DNA of 64,000 nt from the human T2T-CHM13v2.0 reference genome, Homo sapiens, in NCBI RefSeq assembly GCF_009914755.1, contig NC_060945.1. One strand, 5' to 3'. The notes under the pieces were generated by a model, which was not told the origin of the DNA, made no database searches, and saw only the letters and a list, made by a program, of their open reading frames with translations. Each line of letters opens with the position of its first letter. Position 1 is the first letter of the stretch. A program made the translations under genes and the position numbers. Below, one piece after another: positions 11,591 through 26,767 of this stretch.

Positions 11591-14164
11591 CCAGTTTATG
11601 CCTATGGTAGTGGGAATGCATTTTTCTCAAGCTACAAACTTGGATTTGCAAACAAATTATGTGATACTATTTAAAAAAATAGAACTCACCTTAGCTTAGA
11701 GGTTCCCCATCTGCTAGTGTGTCTTATCAACTCAAGGTAATTAATTCACTTTTGGTTTAAAATGCTTTCTTTTGGTTAATGTTTTAGTTAATGCAAGCCT
11801 CTCTCCACATCCCTTCTCTCTTCTCTTCTTTCCAAGGGTCAGCTGGGATAAGGAGAAGTGTCTAGAGGGCCCAGGATCAGCTAGTCCAAGGCCACCCTCT
11901 GTCCTTTTGTCTTCCATGGGGATGTGACATCCTACTAGGTCATGAACACTGATTTCTGTCTCTGCTGTGCCCTCTGAGATGACCATGGTCCCAGTGTCAC
12001 ATCCACACACCCTGTGTCTTTCCCGCTCTAACCTCAAGTCTTCCAGTCCACTGGTTCTCTCAGCCCTTCCACACATGCCTCTTGGGTGAGAAGAGCCATG
12101 GATTTTTGGCTGTTTTCCCTGCATTCTCTGAGATTGAGGAAGACACTATGTATGAAACATTCCATAGCTTCACTGCCTACACGCTGTTATTCTGCCATTC
12201 CGGAGACAGTGGCATACAAAATGTCTCTACAAGTCTTATCACCTCCTGGCCCTTCACCCTGTGAAGTAAAAATGGCATTTTCTGTCCAGGATTCCCTTTT
12301 AATTTTTCTGTGGTTTCTATTCTTCTTCATCCTCCCAAGTGTGAACTTGGCTCAGAGATGGTAAGTGGTTTAGGAATAGCCTCCTCACAGAGATTAAGGT
12401 AGTATCTAACCTTTGTGACTTTCCTCCAATTTTCTCTTTCCTAATGGTCAGAATCTGGTCTGGGGTAGGTAAATCAGGTAGTAAAATATCATTATCTCTG
12501 TTTCTCCAACCTTAGCCTTTTGGGTTTTGGCTCTGGCCAATTATAGATAAACTTTTTTGAATTATAACAACTTACATATTCAATGAAACATCTGGATCTT
12601 GCAATTAAAAACCATGGTTTCCAAGATTTTTCTCTGTGCTACAAATCTGCAAGGACTACTTAACATCTCAAAAGCTAAAAGTTTAACTCATTTTTAGTTT
12701 GAGAACAGTTCATATAAAAACTCCCATACTTGATGGTAGGAAGAAGGGTAGGGATAAAAACAATAGAAAATAAATGCACTCTGTCCTCTTTATTTCTCCT
12801 TGTCTGTCTTTAGAAGAAACACTAAGTTACACTTACAGAATAGAGTCTTCCTATGAGGTCCAGTCTCATTTATCATCCTCTTTTGTGAATTGTGAATGTG
12901 TATTCATTTCTACAGCTTCAAATAGCTTCCTAGGTACGTATCTCTTTTTTGTCTTGTTTTACCTGGTCTGTAGGCTCATTAAGGTCAAGAACAATTCTAC
13001 TTCTGTAAAATTCACTCTGTCTGTAATGATTTGCTTATGATTCATTAGATGGGAACCTTCTTGCTTCTTGATGTCATGATGGCTAGTGGGGCCATTTTCT
13101 CTATATCCAGGGGAGGCCTTTCTGCCTTGAAGTACTGGCAGGACACAGTCATTCTGATGGCAATAAGAATTTCATGTGTCCAAGAGAGACACATAACCAT
13201 ATAAAGAAATGTAGAAACAAAAATCTCTTTTTATCACTGCTTCTATGTTTTTTGTTTTTATTTCCTTCCCATTTTCTACTAGAGTCAAACAATATTGTGG
13301 TTGGCAGAGAACTTCAAATGCAACCTCCTCATTCCACAGATGAAGAAACTGAGGTTGAGGGAAGTAAAATGACTTGCCCAAAGACACACAGCCCTTTAGC
13401 AGCAGTGTGGAAACCTGAGTTCTTGGCATGTGATTCCCAAGTCACCTGTCTATTGGGCCATGCCCATCGTTCAGAGTTCGTTTGGTTGATAAGACAACAT
13501 CAACTTGTATATTAGAAACGTTATTTCTAAATTGATGTTAATTGCTTCCTGGCTTTTCTAATAATTAATGAATGTTTGAGTTTTCAGGCAAAGGAAAACC
13601 TCTTTGCACGATTACAAAAATAACCTAATTAAAGAGACTTTTGCAAATCACTTGCTAAATAAGTTGATCCGACTCCAGAGAAATAGAACTGAAGACTCTT
13701 GGAAGCATCTGATAATATGCCAAGGAACACCGAGGAAAGATAAATACCAAGGTTGAGTGGGTTATCAAATGACAGTAATTTCTTGGTTTTTGTGGCTGGT
13801 AAACTGATCAGGACTGCTTTCATGTCTTAGGTTGAAAAATCAGAATATTTGAATATTTTAAGTCTAAACCCTCCAGTTGAAAAACTGGGGAGAAAGACAA
13901 TTCTGGTCAAGTTAAATTAAAATATTTTAGTTGCTAGGGGGAAATACAGTAACTTTATTCCATCATCCAGGTCTTACTCATTTTTGTGTCTTATCTGGAT
14001 GTATGCATTGCAACATGGACACACATTGTTGTGTACTTTGGGCCATTAGCCGTATTTGGGCTGACAACAACAAAGTTCAAATTCTGCAGGGTTTCAAATT
14101 CACACACTGCATTTGTAATGTTGACTTTCTATCACAAGGATGTTCATATCTTTGCAATTAGAAA

Positions 14165-14232
14165 TTCTTAGAAAATTTGATTTTCTTAGAAAAAGCAAAA
14201 ATGATTTTCTTAGAAAAAGCAAAAATGATTTT
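14165..14232. repeat. Short tandem repeat, 24-bp unit (tgattttcttagaaaaagcaaaaa)
   Basis: Two full units plus partial flanking units. Confidence 0.9.
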
Positions 14233-14860
14233 AAAATGCTTGTGCATATGGACATAAAATTCCATAACTGTGAGAAGCATAATGAGATGTTTCCTAAAGG
14301 CAAGTTAAAACTGCAGCATCAAGCAGAATTTTTTTTTATTATCTACAAGAGTTAATTAATAATACCATTTGGCACTGTTAGATGTTCAGAAAATAGTCTA
14401 ATAAGTAAGACTGCTTTGCTTTCCTTTTGCTGTTAAAGGCTGTTCAGACTCTCTAAATTGCTTACTAGGAAATAGACCTTGTGGTATAAGGGTCATGTGC
14501 TTGGAAACTAATTGGGATTCATTGTAGTACTGCATTGCCACAGATGGCTCATACAGAACATAATATAATATCAGTCAAATGCAGTGAGGTATTTGGAAAT
14601 AATTTTCCTTGGATAGGTTTATAATCATATGATCCAGCTGATTTTCCCAACGGCAAGATTCCTACCCACCATGTATTCCTTAAATAGCTCCAATTTTGCT
14701 TGAAAAACTCTCTAAAATAATTCAATTTATAATTTTAGTTTAAAACAAAGTAAAATATAAAGCTTAATTTTTTTCCCTTATTTCATTAGGTTAGAAGCAA
14801 ACTTATTAGGAAACAAATTGGACAACACTATGTTTCATTGCTGTTGATGCATTTGTTCAG

Positions 14861-14964
14861 TCTTTGTTTGTTTGTTTATTGATTTATAGAGATGAGGTCC
14901 CACCATGTTGCCCAGGCTGGTCTTGAACTCCTGGGCTTACAGGTGTGAGCCACCACTACCAGCC
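14861..14964 (-). mobile_element. Alu monomer fragment (FLAM/AluJ-like, internally deleted)
   Basis: tagagatgaggtc...ccatgttgcccaggctggtcttgaactcctgggct joined to tacaggtgtgagccacc. Confidence 0.8.
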
Positions 14965-15662
14965 ACTTGTTCAATCTTTTAATGCCTCCCTGCTCTCTGC
15001 TAAGCTTAAACAGTATTTTTCAAAGTATAATCCACAGACAATCTGTTATTATTTAACAAAAACTCATGCTCAACAGCTAATCTGAAATAAAACTAGTAAA
15101 ACCACTATATTCAAGCTAGTTTTAATAAAAACTCATGTTTACTATCTACTTTTAAATAATGCAACTACCGTTAGGATTGTTGGGGAAAAAAATGTAAGAA
15201 AAGCTATTTAAAAAAATAAAAATAAAAACACCCTTGTATTGGAGATCCTTTTAAGAAGGAATCATGTATGTGACTTAATTTGGGAAAAAACTGCTACGTT
15301 CAAGCTAATTTTTATGAAAACTAATGTATACAACTAGTTTTAGTCATTCACTTTCAGGCTTCATTGTAAATGCAGATTCCTGGACTCTTCCTACTGAGGA
15401 GAAAGGTCGAGAGGTAGAGCCTGTAAACAGCAGTTTGGATAATTTCCCCAGGTGGTTCTGATTTACACCAAAGTAGGAGAACTAATAATGTAAACATAAA
15501 GCTTGAAAAAAAAATTGTTTTCCTTTCATATTCAAGTCTTTTGTTCTACAGTTCGCTTGAAATGCAGTGGTTCCTGGTCGGGTCACTGTGGTCTTAGCAT
15601 CCATTGACATGATGGCAAGAACTGGTTGAGAATCAGTATAAAGGGAGAAAGAGAAGAGTGTG

Positions 15663-16062
<400 letters not shown>

Positions 16063-19000
16063 CTAGCTCTATAGTTTTAAAACTAATCATGATATCAATT
16101 GAATATCATAAAATTTCCACCTCAAAGCTGTGCAGGTTTTTCCTGAATTCTAAGTGGAAAGGGTCTGTCAGATTGAATGCCGAACATGTGTTGTACATAC
16201 TGCATAGGATTAGTGGCTCTACCTCTGCAATCAATCAAGCAATCAACAGCAATGATTTATTGAGTTCTAATTATGTACATAAGTTTGTGCTTTAGCTTAG
16301 TGGTTCTCAGCGTTTCCAGCACATTAAAATCAACTGGGCATCTGAAAAAATTACCATTGTCATGCCCCAACTAATTAAATTAGAATTTCTAGAGACGAGG
16401 TCCAGAGCTTCTACTATAGATCTTCACATATTACCAGTTTGGGTCCTTCTTTCGAGTGCAGTGACCTCTGCCATTGATTTGTAATGCTTGTACAAGAAAA
16501 ACTGCTCTTAGAGATAGAGCTTGAGCCTCTAAATTAGAAAACCAATTTTCTAAACCAGATTCCATTTTAAGATGCTTGATAAATTTTAGTTACTGCCCAT
16601 GTGACCAGAGAACAATACTTAGTTTCTCCAGAAGGTACCAACAGTTGTTAACGGATATATATTAACAGGACTTTTATTAATTATTTCATTTTCTATGCCA
16701 TGATTTTATTTAATTATCATAGTAAATGTATAAAGTCCATAATATTACCTTCATTTTACAAGTAAGAAAATTGAGGCTTAGAAATTTACTCTAAAGAATA
16801 CATAATTATTTATTGAGTGGCTACTATGTGCCAAGCACAATGCAAGATGTCTTGTACACTATTATGGGATGAGATTCACATGATCATACCTGTGTTCCCT
16901 TGAGGATGATCTGTGGAACACTGGTCTGTCAAGATGCTGTGGGGAAAAAAATCTGCAATCTAATAGGCTTCAGAAGTGCTGAATACTTTTCTACTTTGTT
17001 GAAAATTCTCAATGCGCAAAAACTTGTGACGCACACTGAGATAGCATGTAGTAAAGGAACATTTAGAGTGACGCTCTATGGGTTATTTAACTATGAAAAT
17101 TCTATTTGAGAAACATTTGCCAATTGAACACATTTTGAAAAACACCCCTACAAAACTTTGTGTTCCAGAAATTTTGTCCCACTGCTACATATTAAGAAAT
17201 TGAGACTGAGAAGTTTGGTAACTTGCCTGCAGTCATTCAGCATGTGGCTCTGCTAGAACCTGAATCTAAGTTTGGCTGTTTTAGAAAATTTTCTTCTGCT
17301 TCTAAAATCTATAACTACAGGTCGATGATGGATATCTACTTCTCTGTTAGTAAAGCTGAATTTAAATTGTTGAAAGGATCAAATGTAATGTATGTGAAAA
17401 CATTTTGAAAACTATAAAATAATACATAAATGTCAGAATTAGGTAGTATACAGTCTAAAGTAGTATAGAAATATTAACTTTTGAAAGAGATCATTTCTTT
17501 ATCCAAATCTCTGAATTACACTTTTAAGTAATAGTCTCTGCAGAAAGTTAAGTTTTGTCAGTTATTGTTAATTTTGATTGTCAATACTTCATCAATCACA
17601 CTTGAACTCTTTTGGTAGCATTTTTGGTTTATTAAATTGTCTTTGGGAGAGTAAACTTAGGAAATTTGTGGTTTCTATATACTGAATCCATGAAATATGA
17701 AACTAAGAATAATGTCATATTCATCCCAACATCTGATTCTATTGATTATGAAAATGTGAACTCTGACCTGGGACAAATAGTATGTTGCTTCTAGTTTAAT
17801 AATAATAAAACAATGTTAGTGTAATTTATGATATTTTCTTCTGAGTACATTTCTTTAAAGAAGGAAGCAAAGCTGAGAAACAATCAGGATAAGAATCAAC
17901 TAGTCAACTTTCCTGAATATGCTTTACTGGAGAAATATACAGTTGATTGGAGAAGCCTGTGGCTTCCAAAACTGGGAGCCATTTAAAGCTAAGCAAAGAG
18001 AAGGTAAAATGCTGTATGATTGCACAGATGGCATATCTCTACTTCAAGGAAGTGCTTTAGGGGATTTCTTGATATGTCAAAAGATAATCCCATTAAGAAA
18101 AGAATAAAGACCAACTGATCCCATATTTAGAAAAGATGAAACACACCTTCAACTCTCTTATTCACTAGTGAGGAATCATCAGATATTCTCTGTCACAACA
18201 AATTAAATGTGCAAGAGGTTTTTTATGTCACCTGGTTGAGTTAGCATGGAAATTATTTACAGCACTTTGAATGCAGATGGAAAATGAATCTACAGAGATC
18301 TGTAACTAATGTGTATGGACATTCTTTCCTTTATTTTTTCCTTCTTGCCCGTTTCCCCAGAATACTTTAAATGAATTAATAATAATGATGGATCCAAAGA
18401 AATAACTGTGAAAATGGTGATGTTCAGAAAAGATTGTTCCAAGAACAACCCCTCTATCTAGGGTAAGTGGGAAGGAAGTGAAATAACATCTCGTAGAAAG
18501 ATGTTCATCAATGCAAAGTGAGTGGTAAATAGAAATGAATTAGTACATAGCTTAGGACTTTGCTGGGATCTTCAAAGAAGTACTATATAGCTTGAAAAAT
18601 ATCACCATTCCTTAGAGACTCAGAACCTACAGAAGACTGTTAAATTCTACAAGTAAATGTTATTTGAGAGTTTGAGGTTAATGAATTTCTGCCCAGGAAT
18701 TATTCTTGACTGTGTTCTGTTTCCATGAGTGATGTTCAACATAGCTAGTGCTCTTCTGTGACACCAGAGGTTTCAAGTTTAGTTTTCTTTCTGTGGATCA
18801 CGGTTTTTAAATCTTTAAATGCTAAGACACTTTTGAGTCTTTGTGTAAATAATACATTTTAAATCGTGGAATCAGTTTCAATTAAAAATTAACATTGTTA
18901 TGGAGTTATGTGTGTACTGTTGAAAAGGTAAGGGTTTTGGGTAGTTTGAAAATACGCAGATCTACACAATATATGAGACAGGGAGAAGAAAAGAGGAGGG

Positions 19001-19392
19001 AACAAAGTTCACAAAGATGAAAAGAAGTCCATAGAATTAGCATCGTGTTTCCATGCTTTGCCCTGTTGAAAGTCTGAATCTCCTTTTTCATGAAGGAAGA
19101 GTTACTTATTTTTAATGCATGAAGATAGAACTAAGATGATGAGTGGGACAGAGAAGATTCCTGTAAATACACATTTCTAGAAGTCTTTATACCCCTAATA
19201 TGCCCCTGCTTCAACATACAGTGCAAGTATCTTTCCAGTGTATTCATTTCAATGTCTAGAATACATGAGTTTTGCTATCCTAAAGGAATAGAGAATTGTG
19301 GCTATTTATGCTTAGCAAATACAAATATCAACAACACCAATTAGCAAAAACATTTTCTACTGGGCACATCTTTTTTTTTTTTTTTAAACTGA

Positions 19393-19542
19393 TTACACAG
19401 TATGAACTGAGGACTGTTTTCGAATCCCTCTCTCCTCTCGAATTAATTTACCACATTCTAAATCCGTAGATAAAGTAGTTCCAGAAGTGGAGTTGGTTGG
19501 ATGGGTTTGCTTACATTGCAGTCCATAAAAGAAACAAAAAGC
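19393..19542 (-). CDS. GRIK1: Alternative terminal exon d: AFCFFYGLQCKQTHPTNSTSGTTLSTDLECGKLIREERGIRKQSSVHTV*
   Basis: cttttgcatgcaag|GCT TTT TGT...GTG TAA; 49 codons plus stop, phase 0; matches the recalled human GluK1d tail. Confidence 0.93.
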   Translation of the reverse strand, partial: AFCFFYGLQCKQTHPTNSTSGTTLSTDLECGKLIREERGIRKQSSVHTV

Positions 19543-20889
19543 CTTGCATGCAAAAGAAATGAGAAAAAAATATAGAAAAATGAATAAATCAGAAGCAAGA
19601 ATGAATGTTTAAATGAAAATTTACATCACATGAAGCTGGCAACTATGAAAAGCACATTAAAGCATCATATATACAAGCTTTTATTTTCCAAATTAGTTGC
19701 ATAAAACAAGACACCTCAAGAGCAAATTGAAAGTTAAAGCAGATCAGTTCATTCTCCCTTTGAATTAAAGAAACAGCTTCTTATAACAAGAGCTTTGGAA
19801 AGGGGTGTTCATTGTTGTCATAGTTGCCTTGTAATTCTGGGGAAGATTTTCATGTGAAACCAGGTTATAATGAATCATCCCCAGTTTTGGGCCCTTAAGG
19901 AGGGCTTCCACTTAAAGAAAGTGGATCTATTATCAGATTATTAATCAGAACCAGCCACATAATTTGCAGGGTCCAGTGCGAAATGAAAATATGGGACACT
20001 TTGTTCAAAAATTATTTAGAATTTCAAGATGACAGGAGAGCATTAAACTGGCTCTGTCATTAATAGTCATAGTCTTAAAATTCTAACAATATTTAAAAAT
20101 TCAAAGCAGAGCCTGATTCACTATGATGACCATAAACTTTATATTTTGTTTATTCTAGCATGGTTATGAAGGAATTATCTTAAATCACAATCAGCCTTTT
20201 CAAAAGAGTGTAAGTTGATTTCCTTCAAAAATGGTGTGATTTCCTTCAGAAATAAAAGTAGTAGGCAAAAATGGTCAACTACTAAAGTTGTCCTATAATC
20301 CCAAACACAATTTAGAAAAATAAAGTCTCATATACATTGCATTTTCATTTTGTATTGTTTATGACATTCCTGGCAAAAAAAAATTTGAGGTGATATATCC
20401 TTTTACAAATCTTACTTTGATAGAAGTGTTCAATTTCGTAGTATGACTTTTACATATTTATATAAATTGTTTTGCATTAGTACATGTGCTCAGAATCTAT
20501 ACTTAAGGGCTGGTAACATTTCTGTTAAATATCTTTTTATATCTTTTCCAATTTTGGATTTATTTTTGCCTTTTTCCATCTAGGGTTTCTATCTTACGAG
20601 CAAACAACAGTTCAAAAATTAACTGAGTTTGGAATTTCTGCACTGTCTTTCCAAATAATGCTAATTGGATTTAGTGTATAAGCCCCTTCCTTGTCGTTAA
20701 TAAATGATGGACCTGCAGTGCCCACAGCACCTGGCAGGGATTCAATAGCTCTCTGCTCTAACTCAAAAATGGCTCTTCTGGGCATCTAATTCAATAGACT
20801 GAAAAAGAGCAAACATCCTTAAAAACCCCCAAACTTAAGACAGATAATGCAAACTATAAACTAACCAGTCCTAGAAAGAGATGACTCAC

Positions 20890-21140
20890 CTGTTCAATAT
20901 CATTATTCTTCCGTGATTTGTATATGAATTCTCCAATAGCTACAAATACAGAAAGGACCAGTCCGGCAGCCAGAACAATGAAGATGCCTCCAATATTTTC
21001 CACTCCCAGGGCACTGGCTTCTTTGTTGTCTTCCTCGGGGCAGCCATTCCCACGCCACCACTTCTCTTTCATCATATGCAGCTTCCCTTCTTCTTGGAGT
21101 TGAAGAATAGCAATAGTAATTTTATCCCGGTAAGGAGAAC
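20890..21140 (-). CDS. GRIK1: Exon 16: (G)[18 protein letters not shown]...[34 protein letters not shown] (S2 end and M4)
   Basis: cttccag|GT TCT CCT...GAA CAG|gtgagt; 251 nt, phase 1/0. Confidence 0.98.
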
Positions 21141-21468
21141 CTGGAAGTAAAACCATCTGGATATTGGTCACCAAAATGTTGAAGAAGACATCCAGAAGTA
21201 TTCTTAATTATCATCTTTGTCATAACTATGTTACGGCTGTTGTGAGACCCCAATCCACAAATTGACTTGCAAAGGACAGGAAAGTTCACTCCTATATTTT
21301 GAAGGCACTATATAATTGGAAAGAAGATAGCTGACATGTTGAGATTAACTTTGGCCCCGATTGTTTGCTCCTTTTAAATAAGGAGAAGCAAAGCTAGGAA
21401 TTCTATGACATGTCTTTGTTTCTGGTGAGATCATTATGAGTCTTTTCACATGTCAAGAGATTTCACTG

Positions 21469-22317
21469 TGTAAGCTAAAAATAAAATTCTAAGCCCCCAT
21501 TGACTGAACGACCCTCTTTTGTAACCAAAGGGACCCCAGAAAAAGCTTAAGAACTTAGTTTGCAGCCATACCGGAATGGGAGGTCAGACAGAGCAGTCTA
21601 TTTGTGGCAATAAGATATCAAATTATAAACAGAACTGAAGGCCATGCCAGACAAGGGTTAAGTCACACAGCCTTGGACTTAAAAAATAAACTATGCTCCA
21701 ACTGCTACAAGGCTTTTCTTTTTCTCAAGGAGGTAAACAAGCACTGGCCTCAAGATAAGCAATATTAAAACAACTACAGCTCATCCAACTCTTAGACACT
21801 GACTTCCAGCCCCTGTTCCACCAGATATACCTTTCATTAAACAAGATCCTGATTTCAGTAACTTTCTCCAGAGAAGAAGACCACCGACCTTAGACTGGTT
21901 CTGGTTGGATTAAAGAGAGTGTACCCTTGCATGCCATTGTGTCCTGCAAGACATTTTGACGTATAGAACCTAATTATAAAACCATTAAATGTTAAGTCTC
22001 TACCCCGAAGTGGACAAGGATTGTATGTTACATGCATTTTTGTTCAATATGCATGTGTCAGGATCATCTTCATAAATATTCATAGCTCCGCCTGTAACCA
22101 GTTTAATATGTATGTTTAGCCAACCCATTCGGCATAAAGCTCTTGCCCCAACCCCTCTTTTTTCAAAGTGCCTGTCTTTGATCTTGGTTGGACACATGTT
22201 TTCCAGCCTACGGGATGACCACCTTGCAGATTGTCACCCTTTAATTATGAAGAAATGAAGTCTCCATTTCTACTTTCCAAATTTATCGATATTGTGGTTA
22301 CATTTTTTAAGTTAGCA
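21469..22317 (+). mobile_element. ERV1 solo LTR (MER39-like)
   Basis: TGtaagctaaaaataaaattctaagccccc...gggaggtcagaca...tttttaagttagCA resembles the recalled MER39 consensus. Confidence 0.75.
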
Positions 22318-22399
22318 GTTATTTAGACCTTACTTTTTTCTAGGCTCTTTGTTGTCTCATATTGTGACTGGGCTTGGCTGGATGACCAGCAGTGCCATT

Positions 22400-22752
22400 T
22401 CTTCTTCTGAGGGGGAGTAACTAGACATTTCCCACCTCCCTTACAGTTCAGTGTGGTTATGTGACTGGTTTCTAGCCAATAGGAACTAAGATGATGTCTT
22501 CCCAACATGATCTTTGGCTCTCTCTCTTTTTCCAAATATATAGCAAGAAGGAAAGGATTTCAAGTCACTAGGAATGATGGAACCACAAAATAGAAGGAAC
22601 TTGAATAGAAGGAACTTTGAATAGAAGGATTGAAAGAAAGCAGAGCCTCTCTTTCAATCCGCACTGGACTGTGGCAAGATCAAGAAATTAACATTGAATG
22701 TGTAAGCCACTGAAAATTTGCAGATGTTGGTTAGTACATACTGATTAATGCA
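22400..22752 (+). mobile_element. Old MaLR LTR (MLT1-type) fragment
   Basis: catttccca...atgtgactggtttctagccaat and taagccactgaaaatttg...ctgattaatgca motifs. Confidence 0.6.
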
Positions 22753-24183
22753 CCTATTAAGATAAACTTAAGAGTAGGTTTTGAATAATTCAAATATCCT
22801 ACAAAATTCAGGTAGGTTTGGAAAATTTGCAAGGACTTTATTAATATTATTTATTCTCTATCTCCTAGTAATGCCACTGAACTTTTAATTATGTAAGGGT
22901 TGGAAAGTGCCAACATCTACCTGTAGACATAGCTTCTCAATACTGGATTTTGGTTAATCAATGCAAAGGAAGAGGCAAAGTAAGATTCTTTCAATTAATC
23001 TGTCCTTGAATGTGAAGAACTCTTGTTAGCATTTCTTCTACTCAGTAGAAAAGTAGTACACCCTGGTTTTCTCTATTTGCAAATGTTAAAGTTTTTCTTG
23101 GTGGAAGCACATTGATAAATGAGGCATCTTAGGACTAGAAGAAATCTTAGGAATGATACAGTCCAGTCCACTTACAGTTCAGTACACATTCCATTTTAGA
23201 ATGGAAGAAATTTAGGAACTGAAAGTATGAGTGAAACTGATAGTTGCTGGCACAGCCAAGAATCAAACTCAAGTTTCCTGACTTCTTACTTTTCAGTGTT
23301 GTTTTCACGACAGTGTTCCCAACCATTACTCCCACCCCTACATAAGCCTTATGTCCTATGGCATGGTTAAGTTAGAAAAACAGAAGGTTAACATTTGTGT
23401 CATTTGTTATCAGTTTTCCTTGTAAGACTTCCTGAAATAATCGTCAGCATTCAAAAGCAAGTTTAAAAGAAGAGCAAAATGCTTTGGAGTGAAATTATGG
23501 CTTATCAAGAGTATGAATTTTTGGTGAAAAAAATGGATATTGAAAACAAAATTAAAAGATATTGGCTGTTTGCTTAAATATCCTCAGAATAATGGCTAGT
23601 GTAAAAATTAGCACCATTGATATACCCATAGCAGGTGAGCAATTAAGTGAACCAAGAGCACTTTGCTTTAATGTACATGAAAGTGCTTTGAAGAGTGTAA
23701 GAATGATTCTTATGTTAGTTGTTGCAGTAATAATCCTAGGAGCATACACAGTGGGTGCTCAGTAAATGTTGACTGATGCTTTCCTTCTGCCTCCAGGCTG
23801 CGCAATACCTAAAACATTTCAGACAGATGAAAATCTGATCTCTGTTTAAAGTTGGTCTCTGAGAAAGATAATTTTCAGCCTCCTGGTAAGCTGTTCAAAC
23901 CTTAAATGCTCTTATTCTCTCAGAGTTTTACTTTAAATCTCTCAGGAGGTACATTTCCAGAGCTGTTGTCCTGAGTGTCTCTAAGAAGCAAAGTCTTCAA
24001 TTTTGTGTTGTGACTCTGCCAATCTTTGATTATGGGACAGAGCTTGCAGCCATAAGGGAGTTAGTCAGGGCAAGACTAGAAGTGTACAGATAATTTTTAA
24101 TATCTGAATATATTTTAACTTAAGTTTTTGTTGTTGTTGCTTAAATGAAGTAAATGACATTGGAAGTTATTATGTCACTTGAA

Positions 24184-24240
24184 ATATATATATATATATT
24201 TCATATATATATTTCACACACACACACACACACACACATA
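24184..24240. repeat. (TA)n/(CA)n compound microsatellite
   Basis: Seen directly. Confidence 0.9.
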
Positions 24241-26113
24241 TCTTCCTGAATAGCAACTAATCTTTTGTAAAGAGTCAATTCATCATAAAAGAAACATCTC
24301 ACAAATTTTTCCAACAGCTGTATTCTCAATGGATGTATTCTCCATGAGGTCTGCCATCTGTTCCAATTATTCCTTCATTGTTTTTGGTTTAAAAGCATGA
24401 CAGGTTTACAACAACTGTGAAAAATTCCTGGAGTGTATTTCTTTTCATCTAGGAAGTGGGGAAGGCTTTTCAACTTTGGAACTTGGGTGAGGTTGGCCAA
24501 AAGGAGACTGAATGGGTACCTTTGGATCTCTCTGTATTATATGTATATTTATATATATATTTTTTTGTATTATATGTATATTTAATATTAATGGTACTCA
24601 ACACTAGGTCAGCTTCATTCGCAGGAAAGCAGGTAGCGATTTTCAAAGTGCTGCATTCATTTAGGAAAGTGGTAGGAAGAAATGCATTGTTCCCTCCTAC
24701 CTCCAGCCCTGCGTCACTCACTGTACTATCAGAAATTTTAGCTTTCAAGTTATATTCCATGCTGTAGAAGGAATGTCAATTAAAAGTCTCATGTTAAAGT
24801 TCAAACGTTCTTAGGAGAGATGATACACATTGTTATTTTAAATCATTGTTAACAGACAGGAATTTTGGTGCCAAAAAGGGGTGTTGAAATGTGGTGGGGT
24901 AGGGTTATGAGGTGGGAGATAGAATGATAAAAGCACAGTTTTTGACTTTATAATTTAGTCTAGAGATGGTTCTATTAAGGAACTATAGTTACTCCTCTAC
25001 GAGGGTCTTGATTCTGCAAAAATTCAGGCAAAGGTACCTACTCTTGGTGTTCTCATCTGATCTATGGCCCGTTTAACTAAAATCAGCAGTGATGAGATAT
25101 AAAAAATAGCATCTAACTTCTCCCACTTTTATTATCTAAAATGAGGTGGTGAAGCTTGCTTGGGGCAATAGGACATTGTTTTGAAAGTCAAAAAGAGGTA
25201 TAATATCCTGTTAGCCAGTGCCAAATGATTCCCTGAGCCTCTTGGAAAACATGTTGACTAAATTATAGGAGAGCTTACCACTTGGGGCAAAATATACACT
25301 TCACTAGCGATATTAGTATTTTCATCAGTAGAAGTTATTGGAAATAAAGAAGCAAGAAGGTAGCTGTAAATCTTCTAGCCCAATCATTCTGCAGGAAAGT
25401 TATTTGGAGGACATAAATGATAACAATAATAATAAAGTTAATTTCTCCATAGCACATATTTCTAACACCAGGTAGTTAGCAGGAAGTCACATTGGCTGTG
25501 TATTCATGGTAAATATGGAAGATAGTTGAACTTTATCTGATTAGTTATATTCATATTAATTAAAAGTTGAATATATAAAATGCAGCTTTTTCTTTTTTAA
25601 TGAATTTGTTGCTAAATAAAAACATTAGGACAATTCACCTAAAATCTGGATTTTTTTTATTTTCTTAGAAAATGGAATATTCCACAATCTTGTTCTCAAA
25701 TTCCTACATGTCTACAACTCTCTGACTTGAAAGGCAGCTGTCTCTTTTAGGTATGTCATGTGGTCTGTAATTTTCCATAATTGCCACCGTTCCCTACTAC
25801 CTCCTGGCACAAGCATGCTTTGCTCACTTATGGTATCTGCTTGGCCTCTGTAAGCATTTTAGTTTGTGATCCCTGCATGATGTGGAGAGTCATATTGGAT
25901 CATCCCTTTCAAATGACAAAAATACTAATACCAACAAGCAAATCAAACCTACCTGGGGTCCTTAACGATATGGCTTGACTGTTAGCTATGATTTCTGGAC
26001 TTGCCCAGTAGTCTAGACAGTCCCTGATTCTTCTCCTTTGGAATGCTTACTAACAAATTACCAAGGGCTCACTTGGGAAGAGCAGGTTCCCACTATACCA
26101 GGACCTTATATGA

Positions 26114-26767
<654 letters not shown>

